A DNA stretch of 64,000 bases from an uncultured Acidobacteriota bacterium (lineage in GTDB: Bacteria; Acidobacteriota; JAQAZP01). The position numbers were made by a program, and so were the translations under genes. The stretch spans positions 1,024,001-1,088,000 of the forward strand of contig CAWIIB010000009.1 of assembly GCA_963836075.1 (NCBI GenBank), given 5' to 3'. The notes under the pieces were generated by a model. That model was not told the origin of the DNA. It did not search any database and saw nothing but the letters and a program-made list of their open reading frames with translations. Below, piece by piece: positions 1 to 12,161 of this stretch (positions within the stretch are counted from its first letter, which is position 1; every line of letters starts with the position of its first letter).

Positions 1-12
1 CCGTCTGTCTCA

Positions 13-1014
13 TCACGTCTCCCACTGGATCGACCAGCCGCGGCGGAACCAGAAAAGGGCCAGCAGCGCCGCCACGAAAACCAGCCAGTAACCTTCGTCC
101 CGCCAGCGACCCTGCTGATCCTCCTGCTGCACATCGCTGAGGTGCCGGGCCATACGGCCGTCAAGACGGCGGACGTCGGTATCGTCGACGGTGACCAGGG
201 TGAGGTATCCGTCGCAGTCCGCGGCCAGCGATTCCAGGCCCGCACGGTCCAGACGGCTCACACCGGCCGCGCCATCCAGACCGTCGCCCCCCACCGCCGG
301 GATCGGGCCACCCTGTTCGGTGGCCACGGCGAGAAAGGCCAGCTGGTCGCGCTGCGTTTGCCCGTGTTCAATCAACACCGGGCGGGATACTTCCTCCACT
401 CCGTCGGTGAGGAAGAGGATGGTCCCTGGTGTCTCCTCCGTCGCCAGCATTTGCTGGGCCAGGGCCAGTGCCCGGGAGGTGTCCTTGCCCGGCACAGGCA
501 TCAGCCCCGGTTCCAGCGAAGAGAGGTAGAGCTCGATGGCCCCCGGGTCGTCGGTGAAGGGGATGACCATGTGGGCGCTGCCGGCATAGGCCAGCAGTGC
601 GGTCCGCGCCCCCTTGCGCCCGGCCAGGATGTCGGCGCCTTTCTGCTTGGCCCGTTCCAGACGCGAGGGCTGGATGTCCTCCACCAGCATCGTGGCCGAG
701 AGGTCGAGGGCCAGCACCAGGGGCGCGGTGTCCTGGGTGAAGGGCGGCGGCTCACGGCGCCAGGAGGGCCCGGCCAGAGCAATCGCGCCGACCACCATCA
801 TGATCACCAGCAGGTGCAGGGGACGGACCAGCGACCGCCCGGCGGGCGTGACCACCAGGTGCTCCAGCAGGTGCGGGGCGATCACCGCCCGCCACTTCCG
901 GGCGGCGCTCTGCTGGAAGCGCAGCCCGAGGAAAACCAGCAGGGCCGGGAGCAGCATCAGCAGCCACCAGGGCCGCAGGAAGTGGAAGTCGGCGAACTGT
1001 GCCAGGTCAGGCAT
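13..1014 (-). CDS. VWA domain membrane protein (BatB-like)
   Basis: MIDAS-like DLSATM, SRLERAK, TDG; N-terminal FLRPWWL TM segment; overlaps the neighbouring VWA gene. A further gene starts at ATG 13 (TGATG overlap) and runs off the window edge. Confidence 0.85.
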   Translation of the reverse strand: MPDLAQFADFHFLRPWWLLMLLPALLVFLGLRFQQSAARKWRAVIAPHLLEHLVVTPAGRSLVRPLHLLVIMMVVGAIALAGPSWRREPPPFTQDTAPLVLALDLSATMLVEDIQPSRLERAKQKGADILAGRKGARTALLAYAGSAHMVIPFTDDPGAIELYLSSLEPGLMPVPGKDTSRALALAQQMLATEETPGTILFLTDGVEEVSRPVLIEHGQTQRDQLAFLAVATEQGGPIPAVGGDGLDGAAGVSRLDRAGLESLAADCDGYLTLVTVDDTDVRRLDGRMARHLSDVQQEDQQGRWRDEGYWLVFVAALLALFWFRRGWSIQWET

Positions 1015-2008
1015 GGGCCGTCCCCCTTCCCCGGATTCGGCTCCAGCCGGCCATCAGCAGGTGGTAGGCGGTGAGCAGCACCAGCGCCGCCCCCAGCGGC
1101 CAGTGGAACAGCGGCCGTTTGGGCCGGTAGGAGAACGACTCGAAGTCCTGGGGCTCGAGGGCATCGATCTCCGTGTACACCTTTTCCAGCTCGCCGCTGT
1201 CCCCGGCGTGGAAATACCGGCCGCCGGTGGCCTCGGCCATCTGCCGCAGGGTCGCCTCGTCCAGCGGCGCCTCGCCGGCGGCCGAGGCGTCGCCCACCCC
1301 GATGACGTGGATGGTGATCTCGTGCATCGCCGCGATGCCGGCGGCCTTCACCGGGGGGATCTTGCTGCCGGTGTCGTTGCCGTCGGTGAGCAGGATCAGC
1401 AGCCGCTGCTCGGCCTCGCTCTCCTCGAAGACCCGGATGGCCAGCCCCACCGCGTCACCCAGCATGGTCCGCGGACCGGCCATGCGGATCTGCGCCTCGT
1501 CCAGCAGGGTGGTAAACGTGTCGTGGTCCATGGTGAAGGGGACCTGGAGAAAGGCGGCGTTGCCAAAGAGGATCAGGCCCAGCCGGTCGGTCTCGCGCCG
1601 GGCGACGAAATCGGCCAGCACTGACTTCACCGCGGTGAGGCGGTCCACCAGCTCGCCGTCCTCGCCGGTGAAATCCCGGGTCTCCATCGACCCCGAGAGG
1701 TCCACGGCCATCATCAGGTCGCGGGCCGAATCGATCTTCTCAATGGGATCCTCCACCCACTGCGGGGCGGCCAGTGCCGTCACCAGCAACAGCCAGGTGA
1801 GGGGCAGGAGGAACAGTTGGAACAGGTTCCGGCGCAGGATCACCGCCCCCCTGGACGGCTGCACCTTTGCCACGCCGGCCAGTTCCTCGAAGAAGGGCGA
1901 ACGCACCGATTCCTTGCCTTCGCGGTAGGGCGGCAGCAGCAGCCGCACCAGCACCGGCAGGACCAGCAGCAGGAACATCCAGGGGTGGTCGAACTGGAGC
2001 ATGCTCAC
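1007..2008 (-). CDS. VWA domain protein (BatA-like)
   Basis: FDHPW N-terminus, DLSGSM MIDAS motif, LLTDGND, ATGGRYF. Confidence 0.9.
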   Translation of the reverse strand: MSMLQFDHPWMFLLLVLPVLVRLLLPPYREGKESVRSPFFEELAGVAKVQPSRGAVILRRNLFQLFLLPLTWLLLVTALAAPQWVEDPIEKIDSARDLMMAVDLSGSMETRDFTGEDGELVDRLTAVKSVLADFVARRETDRLGLILFGNAAFLQVPFTMDHDTFTTLLDEAQIRMAGPRTMLGDAVGLAIRVFEESEAEQRLLILLTDGNDTGSKIPPVKAAGIAAMHEITIHVIGVGDASAAGEAPLDEATLRQMAEATGGRYFHAGDSGELEKVYTEIDALEPQDFESFSYRPKRPLFHWPLGAALVLLTAYHLLMAGWSRIRGRGTAHA

Positions 2009-2520
2009 TTACCCCCCCTGGGGTGCCGGTGCCTGCGGATCCAGCGCCGCGACACCGTGAGCAGCTCCCGCACATCGCCGGCCGGCGGTGCCGTCGCTGC
2101 CGGGCTGTAGGGCAGGTCGGCGAGAATCCGTCCGGGACCGCTGCTGAAATCGGTGGAGCTGGCGGCGGAGTCGAGAAAGCCGAGCCAGGCCTCGCCGCTG
2201 AGGCCGGCCACCTCTTCACGGGGGAAAACGGCCAGGGCGGTCCGCTTGAGCAGCGCCGCGATATCGGCCAGCACTCGGGAAGGGCCCGTCTCGCCGTCCA
2301 GCCGCGCCCGGAACGTGGCCAGCTCGGCCAGGGCGGCGCGGCGGTAGCGGTTGGCCGCATGCCGGCGGTAGGCGGCCCTCAACATCCAGAGCAGGCCGAT
2401 GGCGGCCAGCGCCGCCAGCACGTACCAGCCGATGGTCTGCGGCGTCCAGGCAACAGGCGCAGGCAGACTGATCTCCTGCAGCTTGTCGAGGAAGGTGTTG
2501 CCGAAATCATCGCCGAACAT
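2005..2520 (-). CDS. DUF4381-like membrane protein of MoxR/Bat clusters
   Basis: L..I.LP.PVAW.PQT.GW, NRYRR.AL, LLKR.AL, LSGEAWL.FLD pattern; position between DUF58 and BatA. Confidence 0.8.
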   Translation of the reverse strand: MFGDDFGNTFLDKLQEISLPAPVAWTPQTIGWYVLAALAAIGLLWMLRAAYRRHAANRYRRAALAELATFRARLDGETGPSRVLADIAALLKRTALAVFPREEVAGLSGEAWLGFLDSAASSTDFSSGPGRILADLPYSPAATAPPAGDVRELLTVSRRWIRRHRHPRGGK

Positions 2521-2537
2521 CAGTCACTTACCTGTCT

Positions 2538-4214
2538 TCAGGAGCCCGGTCTCTCGCCCGGCAGCACCTCCACCAACGGCTCACCGATTGATCCTGAAGG
2601 CGGTTTGATCCCCAGATAGACGGCGATGGTGGCCGCAATGTCATAGGGGGCAACCGGCCGCGAGATCTTTTGCGCAGGCACACCGTTGCCGGCAAAGAAG
2701 AGCGGCACAAAGGTGTCGTAGGACCAGGGCGAACAGTGGATCGCCGCGATGTGCGTGGTGGTGTCCATCTCGTAGTAGAAATACCAGAACTGGTCCGAGA
2801 TAACGTGGACGTGTCCCGATCGTTTGAGGTGGAAGTTGTTTAGAATGGACTGGTTCACCGGCGTCGGGGCAAAGGTCCCCTTGACCAGGTCGGTGCGGGT
2901 CACCGCCCCGATCATGCCGGGAAACCTGGTGATTTCCGCCGCCACCGCCGCTTCAACCTCGGCCACGGTGTAGTCGGTTCGGGCAATGACTTCCTCGTCG
3001 AGATAGACGTAGGGGTGTTCGTAAAGCCGGATCACCTCCGGGGGCAGGTCGAGCTTCTCCTTGAGGGCCTTCCGGACCGTGCCTTCAGTGATGGTCTCCG
3101 AGGTCAGGCGTCCCACCTCGAAACCGAGGCTCTGCATGTATTCCGGGGCTTCGCACATTCCGTGGTCGGCGGCGAGGACGATCAGGGTGTTGTCCAGGCC
3201 CACCTCCTGGTCGACGAAACGGAAGAGGTCGGCCAGCAGGCGGTCCAGCCGCAGGACATTGTCCTCCGCCTCGAGGCTTGACGGCCCGAAGACGTGGCCG
3301 ATGTAGTCGGTATTCGAAAAACTGACCGCCAGGAAGTCGGTCTGCTCGCCCTGTCCCAGCTTCTCGGCCTTGAGCAGCGTTTTGGCAAAGTCGGCGGTCA
3401 GCTGGTCGCCGAAGGGCGTGGCAAGCATCAGGGCGTAAAAATACTTCGAGTCGCCCTTCAGCGGGTGGGGGAAGGTGGTGCCCAGGCCGAAGATATCCAC
3501 CTCCCAGGGGCGGTCGTCATCCTCACCGAAGAGGTAGGTGGATTGTTCGTTGAGCAGCGTCCAGGACGTATCCTTGAAACGGTCAGCTGGTTTCTTCGCG
3601 TTCCACTGTGTGACCCAGTCGGGATAGTCCTTGTAGTAGTAAGTGCTGCTGGTGAACGAGCCGTCCTTCTTCGAGTACCAGAAAGCCTTGCCGGTATGCC
3701 CGCCGGGGAGGATGGCGCCGCGGTCCTTGATCGAAACACTGAACACTCGGGAGCGGTTGTTGGTGGCGATCACCAGTTCGTCGCCGATGGTGGAGGAGAG
3801 CAGGTTGGTCGGCGCCCGCCCCTTGCCCTGGGCCGGCTCCTGACCAATCATCGGGTAGCGGTCGTCCTCGCAGTTGTAGATCACCCGCTCCTTGTCCATG
3901 TCGAACCAGTTGCCGGCCACGATGCCGTTGTGCGCTGGCCAGGTGCCGGTGAACAGCGCAGCGTGACCGATGGGTGTTTCGGTGTCGGCGTGCCGGAAGT
4001 GGGCGTTGCGGTAATGCGTGCCCTGTTCCATCAGATACCTGAAGCCGCCCTCCCCCAGACGGTCGGCGTAGCGCGTGGGAAAATCGCCGCGCATCTGGTC
4101 CACGGTGATCTGAAGGACCAGTTTCGGTTTCGGAGGAGCGGTCTGACCCGGTGCCGCCGGCAGGACCAGTAGAGAAAACAGAAGTGCAAATAAAACGAAT
4201 CGCGTGATTTTCAT
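2538..4214 (-). CDS. Alkaline phosphatase superfamily protein (PafA/NPP type), secreted
   Basis: Signal peptide from MKITRF; ITVDQMR, TETPIGHA (Thr nucleophile region), SIKDR, DYIGH, ADHG metal ligands. Confidence 0.85.
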   Translation of the reverse strand: MKITRFVLFALLFSLLVLPAAPGQTAPPKPKLVLQITVDQMRGDFPTRYADRLGEGGFRYLMEQGTHYRNAHFRHADTETPIGHAALFTGTWPAHNGIVAGNWFDMDKERVIYNCEDDRYPMIGQEPAQGKGRAPTNLLSSTIGDELVIATNNRSRVFSVSIKDRGAILPGGHTGKAFWYSKKDGSFTSSTYYYKDYPDWVTQWNAKKPADRFKDTSWTLLNEQSTYLFGEDDDRPWEVDIFGLGTTFPHPLKGDSKYFYALMLATPFGDQLTADFAKTLLKAEKLGQGEQTDFLAVSFSNTDYIGHVFGPSSLEAEDNVLRLDRLLADLFRFVDQEVGLDNTLIVLAADHGMCEAPEYMQSLGFEVGRLTSETITEGTVRKALKEKLDLPPEVIRLYEHPYVYLDEEVIARTDYTVAEVEAAVAAEITRFPGMIGAVTRTDLVKGTFAPTPVNQSILNNFHLKRSGHVHVISDQFWYFYYEMDTTTHIAAIHCSPWSYDTFVPLFFAGNGVPAQKISRPVAPYDIAATIAVYLGIKPPSGSIGEPLVEVLPGERPGS

Positions 4215-4275
4215 CAATCTCTCCCTGTAGGGTCGAATGTACATCGGGTGAACGATCCGGTCTGGCTTAGGCTGC

Positions 4276-5220
4276 TCACCCCCGCTTCCCGGGGGCGTAC
4301 CCCAGCAGCCGGCGGACCTGCATCGCCACGTCCTCGGCGGTGTGGATCAGCATCACCGGCACGCCCACCCGTCCCAGCTCGCCCTTGATCCCCTTGAGTT
4401 TCTCGTCGAAATAGTCGGACACCCGCCTGCGCATGCGCCCCCGTCCGCTGTCCAGCTCCAGCTGCAGCTCGCCGTCGCTGACTACCAGCCGGCCGGCATC
4501 TGGCAGGTCGAGCTTGATCGGGTCGTAGAGCAGGGCGGCGATCACGTCGTTGTGCGCGGCGATGCGGGTCAGCAGCCGTTTCGAATCCTCGTCGAAACCG
4601 CTGAAGTCGCTGACCAGGCAGACCAGGTGGTCGTGGTTGGCCTGCCGCGCCGCTCTCTCCAGCGCCTGGTTGAGCATCGCCGGATTCTCGCTGATCCCGG
4701 CATCCACCCGCAGGGCGTGGTTCATCCGGGTGACCGCACCGAGGATCTGCATCACCCGGCCGCGGCTGCGGTGCGGGCGGATCTCCTCCATCTCCGTGTC
4801 GTTGAAGACCAGTGCGCCCACCCGGTCGCCGGCGGAGAAGACCCGCCAGGCGGACAGCGCGGCCAGCTCAGCGGCCACCACCGACTTCATCGCCCGCCGG
4901 CTGCCGAAGAACATGGAGAGCCGCTGGTCCACCACCAGCATCGCCGGGCGGTCCCGCTCCTCGGTGAAAACCCGCACGTGGGGCTTGCCCGTGCGCTGGG
5001 TGATCTTCCAGTCCATGGTGCGGATGTCGTCGCCGGGGAGGTAGCGCCGGATCTCCTCGAAGTTGAGGCCCCGGCCGCGCATGCGGGAGGTGTGCCGCCC
5101 GGAGAGCAGGCTGTGCACCGGCTGGCGGGGCAGGAAGCTGAACCCCGAAGCCTTGTGCTCCAGACGGACCAACTCGCCCAGGTCGGCATAGACGCCTGCT
5201 GTTGTGGTCTCAGCCGCCAC
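4276..5220 (-). CDS. DUF58 domain protein
   Basis: GRGLNFEEIRRYLPGDDIRTMDW, EERDR, SMFFGS, SDF. Confidence 0.9.
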   Translation of the reverse strand: MAAETTTAGVYADLGELVRLEHKASGFSFLPRQPVHSLLSGRHTSRMRGRGLNFEEIRRYLPGDDIRTMDWKITQRTGKPHVRVFTEERDRPAMLVVDQRLSMFFGSRRAMKSVVAAELAALSAWRVFSAGDRVGALVFNDTEMEEIRPHRSRGRVMQILGAVTRMNHALRVDAGISENPAMLNQALERAARQANHDHLVCLVSDFSGFDEDSKRLLTRIAAHNDVIAALLYDPIKLDLPDAGRLVVSDGELQLELDSGRGRMRRRVSDYFDEKLKGIKGELGRVGVPVMLIHTAEDVAMQVRRLLGYAPGKRG

Positions 5221-5227
5221 GTCCCTC

Positions 5228-6268
5228 TCACTCCTGCCAGGAAAAGATCCGCTTCCAGTCGTTCTTCATGCTCACCACGGTCCAGCCGTTGGCTGCTGCT
5301 TCGTCCAACCCCTTGTCCAGTCCCCCGATGTGGGACCCCCGGTCGTAGGCCCACTCGCGGCCGGCATCGTCGTGGTGCACGTAGAGCATGAACCGCGCCC
5401 CGTCGCCGCCAGCGGTGTACTGCAGCATCTGCAGGTCGCCGTCGGAGTTGCCGAAGGCGGCGATGGGCCGTCGGCCGATGTGGCTGTTGATTCCCACCGG
5501 TTTTCCGGCCTTGTCGTCGATGAAGTCGATCTTCGGCAGTCGGCGCAGCACCGGTCCCTGGTCCGTCATCTCGAAGGCCGTCTTGATGCTGCTGCCCACC
5601 ACCTGCTCCGGCGGAATGCCGTAGACCCCTTCGGTCCAGGGGCGCATGAATTCGATGCCGCCGCCGGAGACGATATAGGTTTTGAACCCGTTGGCCCGCA
5701 AATAGCCCAATAGCTCCAGCATCGGCTGGTAGACCATCTCGGTGTACGGCTTGCCGGTGGTGGGGTGCTTCGCTTCAGCCAGCCAGCTGGTGACCACCCG
5801 GGTGAATTCGTCGGTGGTCATGTTGGCGTGGGTGGCCATCACCAGTTCCAGCAGACCGTGTTCGCCGCCGGCGGCAAGCGCCTCCATGTCGTTCTCCAGC
5901 ACCGCCTGGAACGGCTGGGTGGTGGCCCATTCCGGGTGATTCGCTGCTTCGGCCCTGACCCGGTCGATGGCGAACAGCAGCTGGAAGTAGGCCGGCTGTT
6001 CGGCCCAGAGCGTGCCGTCATTGTCGAACACCGCGATCCGCTCCGGTTCCGGCACGAACTCGGGGCTGTCCGCGGTAGTGACCCGGCTGACGAAATCGAG
6101 GATCGCCGTCCGGGCGTTTCCCTCGTTCCACGACTGCAGGGGATCAGCCGCGACTGTCTCCGTGGGGGGCGCCGTGTATTCAGAACAACCGGCGAGCAGC
6201 AGCAGGCAGCAGACCGCCGCTCCGTATAACAGATTCCTTGCATGTTGTCTCACGTTCATTGGGCACAC
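5228..6268 (-). CDS. HAD-superfamily hydrolase, probable lipoprotein
   Basis: Lipobox LAGC; FDNDGTLW motif I, IVSGGG motif II, GK motif III, GNSDGD motif IV. Confidence 0.85.
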   Translation of the reverse strand: MCPMNVRQHARNLLYGAAVCCLLLLAGCSEYTAPPTETVAADPLQSWNEGNARTAILDFVSRVTTADSPEFVPEPERIAVFDNDGTLWAEQPAYFQLLFAIDRVRAEAANHPEWATTQPFQAVLENDMEALAAGGEHGLLELVMATHANMTTDEFTRVVTSWLAEAKHPTTGKPYTEMVYQPMLELLGYLRANGFKTYIVSGGGIEFMRPWTEGVYGIPPEQVVGSSIKTAFEMTDQGPVLRRLPKIDFIDDKAGKPVGINSHIGRRPIAAFGNSDGDLQMLQYTAGGDGARFMLYVHHDDAGREWAYDRGSHIGGLDKGLDEAAANGWTVVSMKNDWKRIFSWQE

Positions 6269-6308
6269 TCTCCTTCCGGTTGTTCGGAAAATCGGGTCCG
6301 GCAGCCGT

Positions 6309-7283
<975 letters not shown>

Positions 7284-7303
7284 AATATCCCTTTGCTTTA
7301 TTT

Positions 7304-7906
7304 TTATTCGCTGTGCGCCTTGGCCTGCATGTTGAGGACCTGCACCGGGGCGATGCCGTAGCTCTCGACTTCCAGCACGCCTTCCTTGTTGAATTTGAAC
7401 CGGGCCGCCACAAAGACCGTGCCCTCACCGGACCCTTCGGCGTCGAGCATTATTTCAACAATGCCGAAAGGGTATTTCCGCGACCGGCTGGCCTGCATCT
7501 CCTCGGTGAAGAGCAGCGACCGGTTGGAGACCACCCGGATGACCCGGCCGTTTTCTGTGGGGATGGCGCGGATCACCGCCACATTGACCCGGAGGTCGTC
7601 GCCGATCCGCAGCCATCCGTCCTTATCCATCTTCTCCATCGCCTTGACCACGTCAGCATCGCCCTTTTCCGCGAGCAGATCACGCAGTGCGACGATTTCC
7701 TCGTCAGTGGTCAAGTTGTCGATCTGCAGGGTGAAGGGCAGGCTGCCCCCGCCACTCCCGGTGTTGACGATCCGGCCGGAGATCCGTTCGGGGGTGAATT
7801 CGGGCGCGGCCTCGGGGGTTTGTGCCGGACATGTGGTCGGACTCAGGGCCAGGGTGGCCAGTGCAATCAACACGGCAGTCATTGAAACACGAGTTATTTT
7901 CGTCAT
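7304..7906 (-). CDS. Secreted hypothetical protein, paralog of 7993..8586
   Basis: Signal peptide; co-linear similarity to the neighbour (AQTPEAAP.F.PERISGRI.NTG ... ARFKFNKEG.LE.ESYG). Confidence 0.75.
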   Translation of the reverse strand: MTKITRVSMTAVLIALATLALSPTTCPAQTPEAAPEFTPERISGRIVNTGSGGGSLPFTLQIDNLTTDEEIVALRDLLAEKGDADVVKAMEKMDKDGWLRIGDDLRVNVAVIRAIPTENGRVIRVVSNRSLLFTEEMQASRSRKYPFGIVEIMLDAEGSGEGTVFVAARFKFNKEGVLEVESYGIAPVQVLNMQAKAHSE

Positions 7907-7992
7907 TGTTTCTTTCCTTCTCCTTTGTTTATTCGGACGCTGGATTGCCCTCGCAACGGTGAGCAGTCCTCACGCCGAACTGTATTCCAACG

Positions 7993-8586
7993 CTATTTCT
8001 CGCTGTTTGGTTTGGCCTGGGCATTGAGGATCTTCACCGGACCGGTGCCGTAGCTCTCGATTTCCAGCTGGCCCTCCTTGTTGAACTTGAACCGTGCCGC
8101 GGCGATGACCACGCCTTCACCGGTGTCGTCCGGGCCCAGAATGATCTCGACGATGCCGAAGCGGTATTTTTTTGACCGGGTGGCGTTCATCGACTCTACG
8201 AACATCAGGTTCCGGTCGGTGACCACCCGGACCACGCGGCCGCCCCCTTCGAGGGGCAGGGAGCGGATTACCGACACCTGGTAGCCGAGGCTGTTGCCGA
8301 TCTTGAGCCAGCCCTTGCTCGGCATGTCTTCCAGGGTCCTGACCACCGCCTGGTCGCCTTTCTCCGCGAGCATGGTGCGCAGGCCGGCGATCTCCTCATC
8401 CGAGCTCAGTTCGTCGATCTGCAGGGTGAAGTGGAGGCTGCCCGCCCCAGCACCGGTGTTGATGATCCGGCCGGAGATCCGTTCCGGCGAGAATGCTGGT
8501 GCGGCCTCGGGGGTCTGAGCCGGGCAGGTGGCGGCGGCCAGAGCCAGGATGCCGGTGAACAGGGCGAATCTGTAGCCAAATTTCAT
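7993..8586 (-). CDS. Secreted hypothetical protein, paralog of 7304..7906
   Basis: Signal peptide, GAGGAGG RBS, similarity to the neighbour. Confidence 0.75.
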   Translation of the reverse strand: MKFGYRFALFTGILALAAATCPAQTPEAAPAFSPERISGRIINTGAGAGSLHFTLQIDELSSDEEIAGLRTMLAEKGDQAVVRTLEDMPSKGWLKIGNSLGYQVSVIRSLPLEGGGRVVRVVTDRNLMFVESMNATRSKKYRFGIVEIILGPDDTGEGVVIAAARFKFNKEGQLEIESYGTGPVKILNAQAKPNSEK

Positions 8587-8747
8587 ATCGATCCCTCCTC
8601 TATTGAATGATGAAAGAGATGAATGTTCACATTTTAAAGATTATACCTGACACAGGTAAACAATGGCCGATTGACCAGGGCGGAATTTTGTACCCCGGCC
8701 AATCGGCCGTGCAAACCAGAAATAAGTTGCTCAGCCCGTCCTTAACA

Positions 8748-10283
8748 CTACTGACGGCTGTTCGCCGCCAGCATCGTATCGAGCACGGCATCGATGCTCA
8801 GGGAATCCCCCCGGGTTGGCGGGAAGTCCTTGAAGGTCGCCAGGAACTCTCCCACCAGGGCCTGGGCCGGGACGAACATGAACATCGTCTCGGCGTAGAA
8901 GTCACGGACGTACATCGCGGAATCCGGGCTCACCTCGTAGGGGTCCATCCGCAGGTTGATGATCAGCGGCCAGCTCGGCGTCTTGCGGTAGGCCTCGTTG
9001 ATCGAGCCCTCCATGATGGTGAAGTGCGCCTTCCAGTCCTTGTAGCGGACGGCGTTGAGGTTGCCGCCGGCGTCGAAGTAAAAGATCTCGTTCCGCTTGC
9101 CGGGGCCCTTGCCGGTGATCAGGTCCATCTGGTTGTAGCCGTCGAGGTGCGCCTTGAAGGTCTTGCCGTTGGCCTGGTGGCCGGTGAGCAGCTTTTCCTT
9201 GACGTCCGGTTCGCCGGCCGCGGCCAGCAGGGTGGGCATCCAGTCCTCGTGGGAGAAGATGTCGTTGATCACCGTGCCGGCCGGAACCGTGCCGGGCCAG
9301 CGGACCATCTGCGGAACCCGGAAGCCGCCTTCCCAGGTGGTGCCCTTCTCACCGCGGAACGGTGTCGTGCCCCCGTCGGGCCAGGTGAACTTCTCCGCAC
9401 CGTTGTCGGTGCTGAAGACCACGATGGTGTTGTCGGCGATGCCCAATTCGTCCAGCTTGGCCAGCAGGGCGCCGACGGTGTCGTCCAGTTCCATCATGCC
9501 GTCGGCGTAGAGGCCGTAGCCCGACTTGTTCCTGTATTTGTCGCTCAAGTGGGTCCAGACGTGCATCCGGGTGGTGTTGTGCCAGACGAAGAAGGGCTTG
9601 CCGGCCTTGTTCGCCCGGTCGATGAAGTCGAGGCTGGCTGCGAGGAACTCGTTGTCCGCGGTTTCCATCCGCTTCGAGGTCAGCGGGCCGGAGTCTTCAA
9701 TCGGGCCATCGGCGGTGGCGCGCAGCACACCCCGCGGGCCGAACTTTTCGTGGAACGCGCGGTCCTTGGGGTAGAACTGGCTTTCCGGCTCCTCTTCGGC
9801 GTTGAGGTGGTAGAGGTTGCCGAAGAACTCGTCGAACCCGTGATTGGTCGGCAGGTGCTCGTCCCGGTCACCCAGGTGGTTCTTGCCGAACTGCCCGGAG
9901 ACATACCCGTGGTTCTTCAGCAGCTCTGCAATGGTGGGGTCCTTGTCCTGGATCCCCTGCTTGGCGCCCGGCATGCCGATGGTCAGCAGGCCGGTGCGGA
10001 ACGGGTGCTGGCCGAGGATGAACGAGGCCCGGCCGGCGGTGCAGCTCTGCTGGGCGTAGGCGTCGGTGAAGATCGCGCCCTCGTTGGCGATACGGTCGAT
10101 GTTCGGCGTGCGACCGCCCATCAAGCCGTTGTGGTAGGCGCTGATGTTCATGTTGCCCACGTCGTCACCCCAGATGACGAGGATGTTCGGCTTGTCCTGG
10201 GCGGCTGCCGTGGCGGCGCCGAATACCATGGCGCCGATCACGAAGAGCATGACGATCAAGGGATTGGCAAAAAGACGGTTCAT
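8748..10283 (-). CDS. Arylsulfatase (Cys-type, formylglycine-dependent family)
   Basis: KPNILVIWGDD, SCTAGR signature, FGKNHLG, TDNG, FRGEK; signal peptide. Confidence 0.92.
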   Translation of the reverse strand: MNRLFANPLIVMLFVIGAMVFGAATAAAQDKPNILVIWGDDVGNMNISAYHNGLMGGRTPNIDRIANEGAIFTDAYAQQSCTAGRASFILGQHPFRTGLLTIGMPGAKQGIQDKDPTIAELLKNHGYVSGQFGKNHLGDRDEHLPTNHGFDEFFGNLYHLNAEEEPESQFYPKDRAFHEKFGPRGVLRATADGPIEDSGPLTSKRMETADNEFLAASLDFIDRANKAGKPFFVWHNTTRMHVWTHLSDKYRNKSGYGLYADGMMELDDTVGALLAKLDELGIADNTIVVFSTDNGAEKFTWPDGGTTPFRGEKGTTWEGGFRVPQMVRWPGTVPAGTVINDIFSHEDWMPTLLAAAGEPDVKEKLLTGHQANGKTFKAHLDGYNQMDLITGKGPGKRNEIFYFDAGGNLNAVRYKDWKAHFTIMEGSINEAYRKTPSWPLIINLRMDPYEVSPDSAMYVRDFYAETMFMFVPAQALVGEFLATFKDFPPTRGDSLSIDAVLDTMLAANSRQ

Positions 10284-10304
10284 TCGATTGTCCTTTCAAA
10301 ATTG

Positions 10305-10333
10305 AAAAGGGGGGGCGTCCGGTCCCCCCGTTC
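10305..10333 (-). terminator. Possible intrinsic terminator or stabilising hairpin between the two sulfatase genes
   Basis: G-run/C-run stem followed by TTTT on the minus strand. Confidence 0.4.
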
Positions 10334-10353
10334 GGTTCATCGGTCACAGAGAA

Positions 10354-11901
<1,548 letters not shown>

Positions 11902-12161
11902 CGGTGCATTCCTCCAGTTGGTGTTGTGAGGGGATATGGTTGTCCCGTAGAAATCAATGCGATGCGGCTTTCAGGTGTTGCTCGAAGCTAAGAATTATCC
12001 TATTGTGAACGACTGATATTGTCAATGATTTCATTTCAATCGAGCGGTGCGATCCGTCTTCTCATGGTTCGATTCGGATGATCGATGATAATTGTCTATA
12101 TTTTTGCCGGAGTCAACCCTGTTGTTGCGCTCAATAGAGAGATAGACAAATGGCGAAAAGG

